Position numbers and translations under genes: made by a program. The notes beneath the pieces are model-generated. The model was not told where the DNA came from. It ran no database searches and saw nothing but the letters and a program-made list of their open reading frames with translations. Below are positions 1 to 12,000 of a stretch of DNA of 64,000 nt, in pieces (position 1 is the first letter of the stretch; every line of letters begins with the position of its first letter). This DNA comes from Marsupella aquatica (taxonomy: Eukaryota; Plantae; Marchantiophyta): contig OZ316894.1 in assembly GCA_973895155.1 (NCBI GenBank), forward strand, positions 26,335,240 through 26,399,239, read 5' to 3'.

Positions 1-599
1 GGAACACTTCACACTGAGATGGATGTTTTCTCGTTTTAGGACAACATAGGATTCATTGCTGAAATGCGTGGATGACGCCTGTTGTTGCTGTCTTCTTGTT
101 GGCGATGAACGGGCCCTCGCTTGTTCGCCCACTACGCGTGTATCCTTTTGCAGATCAGCAACCCGAGTGCCCGGATGGGATTTTGCGGTCAGTTGAGTAG
201 ATATATCGTCGTGTCAATGTGGGGCTATGTGTGAAACATTAAACTTTTACGAGCGGAGGATCTCATCAGGACATTGGAATATGTCCACTATGTACGACCG
301 CGGTGATAGTATGTGACGTAGCGGGAGATTGATAGGTGTTGCCATTGACAACCACCCCGAAGCATTTACATCACATTATGTGGTTTTGTAACGATTCAGC
401 TGCTTCATTTATGACTTGTTCTGCTGGTCCATTATCATTAAACTTGAAGATGCCGCCGCTTCAAATTTCCTGTCTCTGTACACGTCCGACCTTGGATTCT
501 ATTACCATGGAAGGAAAACGGCATAGTTTCGAAGCACTTTGGCCAGCAGCGATCTCTCACCTTCATATCTTTGGTAAGCCTCCTGGCTCTGTTGTAAGT

Positions 600-1860
600 G
601 GGATGGTACCGAGGCAGTGTACCTTTCTGCAGGGCCTATGCCCTCTGCCTGTCTTAAAAATTGGCGTTGGGAGGCCAACAGCACGGCTACGAAGTACCTG
701 GGCGTTTTTCCTGACCCTATGCTAGTGCGTCCCGGGGCGAAATTGGGCCAGCTGCGACCTCATTGCCAGTCACCGTCGTGGGTCACTTGGTGGTCAGCAT
801 GTTGTACATACCAGGCGTTGTGGGCTGGTTCTCCTGTGGAACTGACGGTGCCAGAAAAAGAGAACAGTCGATGACTAGATTCATTTGGGCTGAGCAGAAC
901 GACAAGGCCAGGCATAGAGGTGATATCGCGACTAGTTCTAAGCCCAAGGATAAAGGTGGTCTTTGTATTCTGTCTTACGTTTGAGAGTCTCGGGCGTTTG
1001 GCCGACATGACAGGTTTGGGCTATCAGTGAAAGGCAAGCATCCCTTACAGAGGACTCTTCGTCAGACTATACTTTGGCTCTCCTCTCCTTACAGAAGTGG
1101 GACGTTGATGATCATACCTGGGTTTTACAGAGGTGCTGGACGCTGCCATCTCGACCTCTCTCTGCTGGGTTTTACAGAGGTGCGTCAACATTTGTTTGGC
1201 TCGGAATTTCTAAAACAACAATTTGGTACCCTCTCGACCTGCTAATGTTGATGTTGCTCAAGTTCATCACAGCAACTCACTTCGGGTATGGTAGTAACCC
1301 ACAGGGTGAGTGGAATTGCATGGGGGACCATCTTAGACGAGCAGTATTGTATTGTGCAGCGGCAGGATGGCCCGCATTTGATCCAGCCTCGGACCTGCCG
1401 TGCTGCTGATGAGAAGCGCACCTCCAACACTCCCGATCTCTCGTGTTCATGTGCCTTAGCAAGATTTCAACACTACGGTTTGGAAATTTCATCTCAGAAC
1501 GTCTTTGTTGATCTCCAGATGGCCACCGGACACACCCCTATTCGGAAGCATGTACTTCACCGTGTTTGCTGCAACTCGAGCTTCTGCCACTTCGTTCTCC
1601 AACCCATTCCTCTTGGTAGGTTCTGCTGGTAGGGATACGACGACACTGGCATTCATGAAGCACATTACCATGGCTCGGCAATACCACTGGAAGGATGGCC
1701 ATGATTTATTTGACACCAACGCGTTCCACCATAGAATTCACCTTAAATATAGTAACGTCCTCTTTGCGGGGCACTGTAGTCCATCTAGCCCCGTAGAAAT
1801 GAGAGCTTTAGCTCGAGTTTTGAGAGGCTGCTATTGCCCACAACGCTTTGAATTATATTA
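600..1860 (+). mobile_element. Degenerate non-LTR (LINE/L1-like) retrotransposon remnant, RT C-terminal region
   Basis: Broken frames carry plant L1 ORF2 motifs: KYLGVF (~690) and RFIWAE...KPKDKGGLCIL (~875-970, the FxW...PKxxGGLG block). There are many stops and frameshifts. Boundaries are approximate. Confidence 0.65.
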
Positions 1861-4379
1861 AGCCTCAGAGTTTATTTTACTTTTTCATATAGTAAAGTAC
1901 TGAGAAGTTTGATAAAGTGCGAACCCTAATCTTGTTTGTGCATTTTTCTCCATGAAATGCACTGAATATTGCATAGAGGAATATAAGGAAAGGCATCAAG
2001 GAGTCAAATGAATTTTTGGAACTCATTGCGGCATAAGGAGTCGAGGGAGACTAATTTTCTGAGCGGCAAAATTCATGGCTTTGCAATGAGAGGCAGCATG
2101 AACTGGGAGGTAATTGCCAGTTCGTACACAAAATGTGGAAACGATGGAGCTTCGAAGTGAGTATATGGAAGATTATCTGAGATAAAGTTGTATCCTTTGA
2201 TTATACTTGACAAATTGGACCTACACATTGGATTAATCTAGGACTGACGAGGATTATTTTGTATTTCTTCGTCCACTTAACGAATGAGAAAGAATAATGG
2301 TACATTGTTTGGTTGGTCAGAGCTGATGTGTTGTGGATGCTTCTTGTCAACAGTGAGAACCTACCCATTGGATTCCTCTGGAGGACAGTCAAGAGGTCTA
2401 GTTTGTATTTAGTCGTCTACACGACAAAACAGAAGGAAAATGATTAAAGGGGTTGGTTGATGAGAACTTGGGGTGTTGTGACCCACAACCTTTGAAGTCC
2501 CCTGAACTACCACTGAACTCACCATAAGCATAACACATAGGACAACAAGTTTTCTCATTTTTGACCTGAAATGTCACACTTGTATCATACACTTTGGTAC
2601 ACAGAGTGGGCCAAAGACTGTCACTCCTCAACTCCCTACTCGCACGAAGGATAGTTTTCTCATTAGAAGTCCCAGAGAGGCGTTGGCTAGTTAATGAACA
2701 GCCGAACTTCAATTGGAATAACTCTTCACATTTGGGTAGAAGTACTCATCGTTAAGATACTCACACAGGTCCAAAGACCAACCTTCAAATTTAATCGATA
2801 AATGTCACCTTGTTTTGTAAATGCTCTCACCAATGACAAATATTTCGAACTCGACTGAACATATGCTGTCATTCTTTTCTTCGAGTCCCATAAGCAAGGA
2901 AAGGTGCACCTGTTAAGGATTTAATCATGACATCTAGTTTCGTTTCTCTTACTTCCCTCCACCGTTCTTTCCACTCGCAGCAGGAGATTTGAATCATACG
3001 AATCGGAAGGAAGAGCTATTAGGGATTTGTCAACTACACAAAAGTGGAATTACTACTTTCTGTCTGCCCTTCTATGCTATAAGGGGCTATGAGGAACCGG
3101 CTCAACAATCTGAAAGGGTTCTCCACATTCCAAGCATTCTGCAATCACCTCACCGGGACAGTTCTGTGGCTGGCGGCTTGCTAACTTCTCATCTTCTTTT
3201 TTCAGAGGTTTCCCATCTTCTTGATGCCTACTTGACAGCTTAGCGGTGTCTTGTTGAACATGCTGTTTCCTGGGGAGTTTGTGTTTCTCATCTTCATTTT
3301 GTGGTTTCAGGTGTTTGTGTAGGAGTTTGAATTTCTTGTCTGACTGTACATGCTGCTTTTCCAGTACTTCGGACGGGCTGGAAGAATAATATGAAGAGTA
3401 CATTATAAGTTTTTAGCAACGGTTCAAATCACTGTATTTAAAACATCCAAAGTTCAAAGTCCGTGCGTAGTACGTCATGAATGGGATGTTCGAACTTCAC
3501 TCTAAACAACAGAGTCTACCACTATCACCAGTTCGCTTTGGTTATTTGCACTGTTTCCGAGCAGTGGGACAATTCTTTCATATCAGAGAACTGGCCAGAA
3601 AACCAGGATCTACCCTCCGAGTTAGCTAGAGTTGCCCTGGCAAGCATTTCTTTAGTTAATTATATTATGCAATGAAGTGTGGATCTTTAGTTCATATCAA
3701 TGTTTGCTTAGATAATGATAAACGTAAAACACTATGTACATGAAAACCAATGCATTTTCTACCCGGAAAGAGATGAAATCCCACACGGCTCTTATTCAAT
3801 TTTCACTTCATAGTGGGGCTGAGAGCGGGTTTGGGGAGAGGGAAGTGGGGATGAAGAGCATAATTTGCGCCCAAGGAAGGCTCTTAGAGAAAGGATGTCC
3901 CTAAGACGGACCGAATCGGAAACAAAGCCAAGGGGTAGAAAAGCAATTGAAACGACTTCGGGAGCATGAGTTGAAGGCAAGCTGCAACAGAGGAAGTGAT
4001 ATAACACTTGAAGCACTATCCAGGAATCGACTGACTTGATCGAATATTTCATCACACAACCATGCTTTGAAATCCGATTGAAGACTTGAAGATAAATCAG
4101 AGTGAAATTCTTCGGCAATGAGCAGAGGATATTGTATAGAATCTCTAATGCCCCAAAGAACCTCGATTGCACAGTTGATCTTATTCAGGTCCTAACTGGA
4201 AGCTAGTTGGTTCAAATCATCTAAGGCTAAACTATCAACCATAAACGAAAGAGCACAGCAATGGCTGTTATCCACAGACTAATGTGCATTTAGGAACGAG
4301 ATCGACCGGTTCTATGGAAGGAGTTCATGACCAAACTCAGAGCCCTTAGACAGCCTCATTGTGGAAAAAGTCAGATTGC

Positions 4380-5543
4380 CTACATCGTGGCTTCTTTTTC
4401 TTGAATTTCTTTAAGCAACTGTTGCTTCAGCTGCTTGGCCTCCCTCTCAAGCGTTATATTATCCACCTGAGAATTTCCGGGGACCATGATTTAGAAACAA
4501 AGTCATTTGACGAAACAGTGCTACTGAATCTTGCTGAAAAGGACAGACTTCCTCTAAACAAGGCGAGATACATTCAATCAGAAAAAAATCATACCTAATC
4601 CAAGTCAAGGAGGACACAATTCGAAGAAAGGATGTGAGAACTTGAGGATAAAAATGCTGATAAAAACGAGGGACCGTCTTGCTACGAAACTAGGTGATTC
4701 AATCAAATATCTGTCACGTAAATTCCCGCTAGAATTCAAATCGGAGATTAATGGGGATGACCCGGCTTCGTCTCAAAGGCTATGCAATTAGGAGCAAGAC
4801 AGTGTTGCCTGTCAACGACGATTGCTGCAGACTCTACATTTTACCACAACAGATCTAGACAGTAACATATGTGCCCTCTTTCACATCCAATCAAGAAAGG
4901 TGACTCGTTTCTAAGTGGACAGCGTGGTACTGTGTGAGCGAGGACAAATGGTCGATTACGACATTGCTCATCACCAACTGAAATCCAGTCCGCATCTTAT
5001 AATCTATTTCAATGGCAGAGGACAGGAACGTACAATTCCTTTGATGGGGTCAACCGACCAACCCTAAGACTCAACTATTGCTGCTTGCTGACCGATGCAA
5101 TGTAAACCTGCGACGCCTCCTGTTAAAAACCTAATTAGGCGGAAACTTTCTAGTTCTGTTAACACTGTGAGCCCTCCCCCTTCACCATGTAGCACAAATT
5201 CCACCCATCCATCACTCAGGGCCTGCCTCCGTGAATTAGAGATACCATTCAGGAGAAAGGCACGATCGCTTAACACTCCAATCTACCCAGAAGTTGGAAA
5301 CACGGAGGCAGAGGAAGCAATAATATTACTCTCTCAAGCAAACCAGTCAGGCAGGCAGATCAGGCGGAAGCACCCAAAAGAAACGTGAAGAGAACGAAAC
5401 GAAAATTGGGAACAAACGAAAGGCGAAGAAAACTTCACATTTGCTTCGCGCCGCTCCGCCATCCAGACGACGAGATTGTCCAATGCTTTGACCCCGACAT
5501 AGGTACCCGCACAAAGCCCCACGAACGTGAAGATGCGCACCAT
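4380..5543 (-). CDS. Two-exon small single-pass membrane protein, 63 aa: MVRIFTFVGLCAGTYVGVKALDNLVVWMAERREAN|VDNITLEREAKQLKQQLLKEIQEKEATM; resembles the conserved plant At1g67785-like family
   Basis: Exon 1 is 5543-5439, followed by a GT donor (gtgaag). Exon 2 is 4466-4380, preceded by a ctcag acceptor and ending in TAG; the join is phase 0. The protein has a hydrophobic N-terminal helix and a charged helical tail. Length and the MV..F...D.+.VW+A pattern match my recollection of the 63-aa Arabidopsis protein (not database-checked). Confidence 0.75.
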
Positions 5544-5854
5544 TGCGCACGCCTGCGATTGCCTCCTCCTCCGGATTGATTGCTTCGCCCCTGGAGATGA
5601 GGTGATCCGTGGAACACCCTGATTCTAACGAAAGTTCTCCGAGTTGTCAAATAATGAAATCCGTGGAACACCCACCACTGGGTCGAAAATTTTATTCCAC
5701 CCTTTAACCACTATCAGTCCTCAGGATGGTCGAGAGCAGAGCGTACTTGCAGGGAATGTACGTACTTGCAGGGAATGTATGTACCTTACCTTTAGTGACA
5801 ATCAGGTTCCCTCAATTAATAAATAAATATTGAATTTTGTGACTTGCCACCCAT

Positions 5855-6390
5855 AAGAGAGGGAGAGAGGACCACCTCCAGAGCATGACCTGACCCAATG
5901 AGAGAGAGAGAGAGAGAGAGGACCACCTCCAGCATGCTCCTCTGCAGGGTAACCACAAGGGGGTAACCACAAGGGGGTAATGCTAAGGGATTCATCACAC
6001 CCCAGACCAGGAGGGAGAGAGGACCCATCTAACAGAATAGAGGATCAAATTCGGAACATGTTCCTCTGTAGGGTAGCCACCAGGGGGTCATACTCAGGGA
6101 TCCCATAGGGACTCAGACCAGGAGGGAGAGAGGCCCCATTTGACAGAGGATGCATTTAAAAATTCTTGTTAAATCTGTTTTAAATAAATACGGTACGAGA
6201 CGTTTACGTTTACCCAATATTTTCCACAAACCCCTTTGAGATGAATAATCTTTGCTGTGTGTTCTTTCCTCTGTTCTATCAGGATTAGTTTCCTGAATGT
6301 ATTCCAATTTCTTGTTTATTGATTATTCTCTTGATCAATTTAGTGTCAAATGAGAGCATGTGCCTCTGTAAGATAGCCACAAGGGACTCT
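5855..6390. repeat. Cluster of short imperfect direct repeats, probably a decayed non-autonomous TE
   Basis: gagagaggaccacctccag x2, cagaccaggagggagagagg(a/c)cccat x2, catg(t/c)tcctctg(t/c)agggta(a/g)ccac x3 and a (GA)n tract. Confidence 0.5.
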
Positions 6391-7483
6391 GGTTCAATGT
6401 CTCCCCCTTCTGGCCAACTGACTATGGCTAGTTGGTTAATAAATTAAATCTTGAAAATTTGAGTAAATGAGACTTTTTAGGCCATGTTTGTGAAACTGGG
6501 AAAAAAACAAAATCAGTGGTTTAGTGAGTTTTTAGTTTCTATTTGTTGTACTGGGGACTTTTGCAGGGGACTCAGGCTTTCTGGCTCCCCTGGTTTTTTC
6601 TGGGGTCTCTTGCCTTTTGGACACTCCTGGTTAAACCTTTGGTTTTTAGCAATGCGATGTATATATATATATAAACCAGTGATTATATTAGAACTATTCT
6701 TAGCATGTATCATAGTTTTCACTGCAAAAATTGATATTTGGAGAAACTCTTTAGGCCATTAAGCTTACACTAAAAATGTAAAGGTTTTGTGCATGTGCAA
6801 ACCTGATTGTCCCTACGCTGGTCAAGGGCTCTGGCTGCCCCATAATGGGCTTAAGCATTGACAATGTGTCAATGTACATATGCTCTGGGCATACGGGAGA
6901 GACCATAAATTTATGTTAAGGTCAGGTCTATTTTATGTCCATCACAAACAGCACAGAAACCTCAACAGACTCTATCCGTACAGAGCACAAACAGGACTCA
7001 CCCACATCATGCAGTGATGCCATCTTCATGCACAAAGAGCCATTAAGCAGGGTATAAACTGTTGCGCAACATACATAAAATGAAATGACATCTGATGACG
7101 TGACAGTAGTTGATTGGGTGTAAAATACTTTAGGTCAACTACTGACCTTAATGGTAAGTTAACTTCCATGACCATCCAAAAGCTATATCCTAATATCCGA
7201 GTGAAGCCCACCCAATATTTAGGGCAACATATCCCTGGAATTAAAGTCATTTTAATTTGCCATTGCCTGGCTGTCCTCCGAGGTTATCCTCACCCGCCGT
7301 CCACTGGCTTCTGCCCAAACCGTGCGTGATGATATCAAGTAAATAGTAGGAATTTGTAGCCCATCAGGTTGTGGGTGTTGTGGTAGACCATCTGTGTGGG
7401 GAGGTGGAGGTAGAACCCCACTGTGGGGGGCACATTGTTTTTTACACAAACCCCACCCAAAAGTGGGGTTCAAATGAACCTTT

Positions 7484-7891
7484 TGACATCTAGAGGGAAA
7501 CTATTTCATTTTCATTTTTGCGGGGAGCAGATGGACTTGGACAGGCAGCGGACAGTCCAAAAGCTAGGGACTTGCCAGGGACTTGTATTGCTGAATCACC
7601 CAACAATGAACAAGACAACAACAATGTTTTACTGGCTGTTACTTAGTTTAAGGGTGAGCAATGCAATTTTATGTGGCTCTAGACTTCCACTCAAACCTTG
7701 CCGTGTAGGTATCTTATTACTAAGGTTCCATATATATCTCCACCATTTGTAAGTTTCTATGGTGGCACTGCTGGAAGGTAATGTCTTAAAAGCATTCAGG
7801 GGGTCAGCACTTGTCTGAGGCCCGAATCTGCTTGATTTTATCTGATGCATTTGCTGTAATCACCACAGCCCAATTTTTTAAAATGGTAACA
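7484..7891 (-). repeat. Putative 3' LTR (~408 bp) of a Gypsy-like element
   Basis: On the minus strand a polypurine tract (GGGAGGAGAC, 7901-7892) directly precedes TGTTACCATTTT. The segment ends in ...TAGATGTCA (TG...CA) and contains a TATA-like gatatatat. No partner LTR was found, so the distal end is inferred. Confidence 0.55.
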
Positions 7892-9030
7892 GTCTCCTCC
7901 CAAATCCAACAAACAATTTAACATCTATCTATCTAATCAGGTATCTAATAGATCACAATCAAAAGATAGGATAAGGTCTATTGTCTAAAGTGAAGCCTCT
8001 TGACCATGACTTTGAGTGCATTGCTACAGTTGGGATGGAACTGGAATTTGCACAATGGTGCCATCTATATACAAGCAAATAAAGCTTGGGCAATCAATCA
8101 AAAATCTCATGTAGTTTGCTATGAAGAACCAAAAACACACTTAAAGGTCTTCAAACTCGGTATTCGTTCCCGTAAAGAACAAGTTGGGGTTGGTTTGATA
8201 CATAAAAACACAAATGAGAGTTTAAGAACTCTCTTTAACACATAGTAATCAGAATTGATTACTTTAATAAGGTATTTTGAAGATCGCTCCACAGCGGTGA
8301 GTAGTTTTCAATGATAACTCAGCATCAGGTAACCATAAATTAATGAAAAAGGAATGATTAACAAAACACAAGAGAAAATAATCTCAAAGTACGCTAAGGG
8401 AGTCTGGAATAGACCAAGGTTACTCCTTAGACATAAGTCAAAATGAAAAAACTTAAGGATTCAAATCCACGTTTGCTTTTCAGATCTAAACTGCTTACTA
8501 GAGTACCTTTTAAAATGTCGTCAGCATGTCTTATCCTTTCTTTCTAAGTGGTACTCAGATAAGATCTAAAAGAGTGGCTACTTCAACATTTAGATGGTAC
8601 TAAGCAACATGAAAGAAAATCCATCAATTTCAATGAGACTTAAACTCAATGAGTTAACTTTAAGAACTCAGGAGATTGCAATGAGTCACCAACAAGGAAT
8701 CTGTCATCACAACTCAAAAGATTTGCACAAAAAGAATTTTACTTCCTATGATTTATTCAAAGAATTAAACCACAAGAAGGAGGAAAGTCTTCTCCTGGTG
8801 TCAAGCTTGATCTCGAACTCTTAACATTCATGTCAACTGGCAGAACACCAAGGAAAGGCAAAAATTGCTAGACTTTACCATACTTCTACACTAGTGGTGG
8901 AGGGGTCTTATAGTAAAATCCTACAGGGTAAGAGGTCATAGGGTCGAAGAGACATGCCTCTTCATACTCCTCAAAAAGTCAAAACAGCGATTCAGTAAGT
9001 GAAAAGCCGGGAAATGGCTAAGTAAGAACC

Positions 9031-9091
9031 CGTAAAAGCGTAAAAGCGTAAAGACGTAATCGCGTAAAAGCGTAAAAACGTAAAGGCGTAA
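9031..9091 (+). repeat. Array of 8 CGTAA motifs downstream of the accessory ORF
   Basis: cgtaaaagcgtaaaagcgtaaagacgtaatcgcgtaaaagcgtaaaaacgtaaaggcgtaa. Confidence 0.9.
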
Positions 9092-9309
9092 TCTGGTGAA
9101 TGCGGTAGACTTAAAGACTTACCGAATTCAACTATTTTTAACTTTCTACTCCTGGCTCGGAAAATTCTGAAATTTTGCCAGTAGGTTTTCCTAGGTACAG
9201 GCTACACACTAAATAAGTTTCATAGCTTTTAAAGCTCTATAACACATTTTGAAAAATAGGGAAAGATGCACTATTCTTAAAACTTAACTAAAAAGACTTA
9301 GATTTTGCC

Positions 9310-11739
9310 TCAAGCTTGTTGTCGGATATCTTCTGGTTCGAGTAGCTCCACGAGGGTAACAGTCCGAGCTTGAGTAACTTCCATCAGCTCAGCCTGGCGT
9401 GGGGATCCTCGAGAGTAGGGTAGGCATCTCAATTGCCTTTCAGGATACATCAGGGGCATTCTTCTCCTTAGATAACATATGTCTATTCGACGAGCTTCTC
9501 TATATATCCCAATCACGTCATAATTATTGCAAGTAGCAGCATATACTTGGGGATAATGGTATAGAAATTCATCAGAGTTCAGCATCCTGGAATAGAAAGG
9601 GTGAAGCCTCCATTTGACATCTCTGAAATACCGATTGAAGTTGGCCAGAGTTTGAGAGGTGACATTGTTCCAGATTCTCTGTTTCTCAGCTAATGAACTG
9701 GTTGAAACAAGGGTAACCTTGGGCTCTCGAGGAAGGTAAGCGTTCTGGGGAGAAGTAGATTTCTTACTCTGCATGAGAAAAGAAACCACAAAATCTAGGG
9801 CATAAGCTGCCAAATTTCCAAAATATGCCAGAACTAAATCTGAATCCTCCACCTCCACATCTCCTTGAAGTAGCATCACAGCAAGAATGGGTCGGAAATA
9901 GAGAGAGTCAGTCCAGAACTCATCGAATTGTGCCATCTCCAGTCTGGAAGTTCCAAAACACCTGAGGTCGAAGATATAACTGGCCTCTGTCTTCTTGAGA
10001 TAGTAGTATTTCCAAAATTCTCCAACCGGTGGTCTGTTGGCCTGCATAATCTTACAGGTCTCCACATACCTGTGCACTTGGGACTCGGGATGTCTCGGGT
10101 ATCTACTCTCGATGGTGGCATTCCGAGGTGTTTGAGTAGATGAAGTGACAACTGCTACTAAGTTTGGATTGGATCTTAAGGCAGTATCAACATCTTCAAA
10201 TCCCTGCCTTGGGGATGACTCAAGAGAATTATCATAAGATCTATAAGTTTCACCATCTGAGGGTGGATCAGAGTCTTCAGGTAGATCTTCTCTGTCAAAA
10301 GGGTGCTCATATTGTGACCGATTGTAGGTGGGTCCTTCTGTGGGTTCGTAGTTGGAATCAGGGCTGTAAGGTTGTGAACCTAGGCTAGAAGTAGGACTAG
10401 CAGTTGGACATTGTTGGACCAAGTTGCGGACCACAGATGCTATCTGTCGAGGTTCACACTGTAGTAGTTCTAACAAGTCATCCACAATAGCCACACAGCT
10501 GATACTATCTGTTATTGGAATGGGCTCACTTGTTTCTAGGGGAGGGGGGTGTACAGTGATAGGAGTACAGATCACAAACTCCATTGGTGCTGGTTCTCTT
10601 GGGGGAGAGGTTATTCTGACAGGGCTTAGCTGATCATGAAATGGTGATCCCAAACTAACAGCCTCCATTCTCAAATTATTAACAGCATCATATAGTCCAT
10701 CATCACTACAACTGAGGAGAGATATCAACTTATCAATAAGCTGCTGATTCGACTCTGCCTTCGAAGGAGTGGACCTGGTGGTCTCATGAGGAGCAGCATC
10801 AGTTGGTGTAGCATCATCGTCTTGTTGATGAATGCTCCTTACTTCTTCAGCTTCTAGTGGATCTGCATCCATAGTCCGGCTAGGGAAATTCTCATTACTT
10901 ATTGATTGGCAAACAACTTCCCTGTTATGCATAGGAGAATGTGTAGGGATTTCTAATGAAGTATCCTCCATAGGAACATCAGCATTCTCCTCAACGTTCT
11001 GATCATTCGAATTCAATGGGGTGACATGTACAATGTCCTCCATAGGAATTTCTTCTTCAATACCCAAGTCAATCAGGAGTAACCCCCTCTCTGTCTCTTC
11101 CTCCAGATATAAACAGTCATGAGTATAATAGAGCTGAGAGAGATAATTCTGTAAGCAAGTGGTCCTCCCTGCTTCCAAGCTCCTTACTTGATCCTTCATT
11201 ACATTAAACAGAAGTAGGGCCCAATTTACTTTTATAGCTCCACTATGAGCAGCTACAATGGTGTTAGCCAAGGCCACAGGACAGAGAGTTGGCTTTTTTG
11301 GATGAAGAATGGGTACCAGAAATTCCATGAGCACTCTCAATTCAGGATAAGTACACTGGGACAAGTTCCAACCATTCTTGGCATTTCGAGTTCCTGAGAA
11401 GTATGGAGCAGATAAGTCCTGCTTCTTGGAATATAACGCCTCTCCTTCTGACGGGCATCCAAAGGCGTAAGCAATTTGCTCAACAGTCCACAGGCTGGGG
11501 TGAGCTCGAATCGTTTGCCTGAATTCAATCGGGATGATAGTCCCCTTCACAAAATCTTGCAAGTAGGAGTCGAGCTCGACATTCCAGGGGATCCTGAGCA
11601 AGCGCTCCAATCCTAAGTGCTGTAAAGAGTCTTGTAAATTAGAAAGACTATCAGGCGCTCGTGGTATGCGAGCTGCCACTACTTTTGAGACTGCTAGAGC
11701 TTCAGTTTGATACTGTTCCTCAGCACCCAGGTTCGCCAT
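9310..11739 (-). CDS. Intronless ~809-aa TE accessory protein, starting MANLGAEEQ
   Basis: The ORF is uninterrupted. Its N-terminal domain (LLRIPW...TIRAHP..WT...F..TRNAKNGW...C...FLVPILHPKKP...NTIVAA...VNW...YLSQLY) resembles retrotransposon-associated bryophyte hypothetical proteins (PMD/Transposase_28-like; inference). It has an acidic, Pro/Ser-rich middle and a second aromatic-rich C-terminal domain. The track's 12087 start is a non-ATG read-through across the upstream motif array. Confidence 0.7.
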   Translation of the reverse strand: MANLGAEEQYQTEALAVSKVVAARIPRAPDSLSNLQDSLQHLGLERLLRIPWNVELDSYLQDFVKGTIIPIEFRQTIRAHPSLWTVEQIAYAFGCPSEGEALYSKKQDLSAPYFSGTRNAKNGWNLSQCTYPELRVLMEFLVPILHPKKPTLCPVALANTIVAAHSGAIKVNWALLLFNVMKDQVRSLEAGRTTCLQNYLSQLYYTHDCLYLEEETERGLLLIDLGIEEEIPMEDIVHVTPLNSNDQNVEENADVPMEDTSLEIPTHSPMHNREVVCQSISNENFPSRTMDADPLEAEEVRSIHQQDDDATPTDAAPHETTRSTPSKAESNQQLIDKLISLLSCSDDGLYDAVNNLRMEAVSLGSPFHDQLSPVRITSPPREPAPMEFVICTPITVHPPPLETSEPIPITDSISCVAIVDDLLELLQCEPRQIASVVRNLVQQCPTASPTSSLGSQPYSPDSNYEPTEGPTYNRSQYEHPFDREDLPEDSDPPSDGETYRSYDNSLESSPRQGFEDVDTALRSNPNLVAVVTSSTQTPRNATIESRYPRHPESQVHRYVETCKIMQANRPPVGEFWKYYYLKKTEASYIFDLRCFGTSRLEMAQFDEFWTDSLYFRPILAVMLLQGDVEVEDSDLVLAYFGNLAAYALDFVVSFLMQSKKSTSPQNAYLPREPKVTLVSTSSLAEKQRIWNNVTSQTLANFNRYFRDVKWRLHPFYSRMLNSDEFLYHYPQVYAATCNNYDVIGIYREARRIDICYLRRRMPLMYPERQLRCLPYSRGSPRQAELMEVTQARTVTLVELLEPEDIRQQA

Positions 11740-11909
11740 AGCTGCAACGGTGATTTGCTTGCTGCGAAGGTTGCTTTCGAAGAGAAAGAGCAAGTGAATA
11801 GGGGTGGTGAAAATACAGGAGTGAGCGCCTGAACTCTGTGCTTGATTCCTATCAAGGTATGAAGTCCCCAATCCGTTTCTAAGTCCCGTTGCGAAGTTAG
11901 CCGTAGCGC

Positions 11910-12000
11910 CGTAACGTGAACTTTCCTTAAACGCGTAAGGCGTAAGCCGTAATCCCGTATTGGCGTAAACTCTTAACAGCGTAAACCCGTAAACCCGTAA
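11910..12000 (+). repeat. Array of 8 CGTAA motifs (plus variants) upstream of the accessory ORF
   Basis: cgtaacg...gcgtaaggcgtaagccgtaatcccgtattggcgtaaac...gcgtaaacccgtaaacccgtaa. The orientation matches the 9031 array but the spacers differ. Confidence 0.9.
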
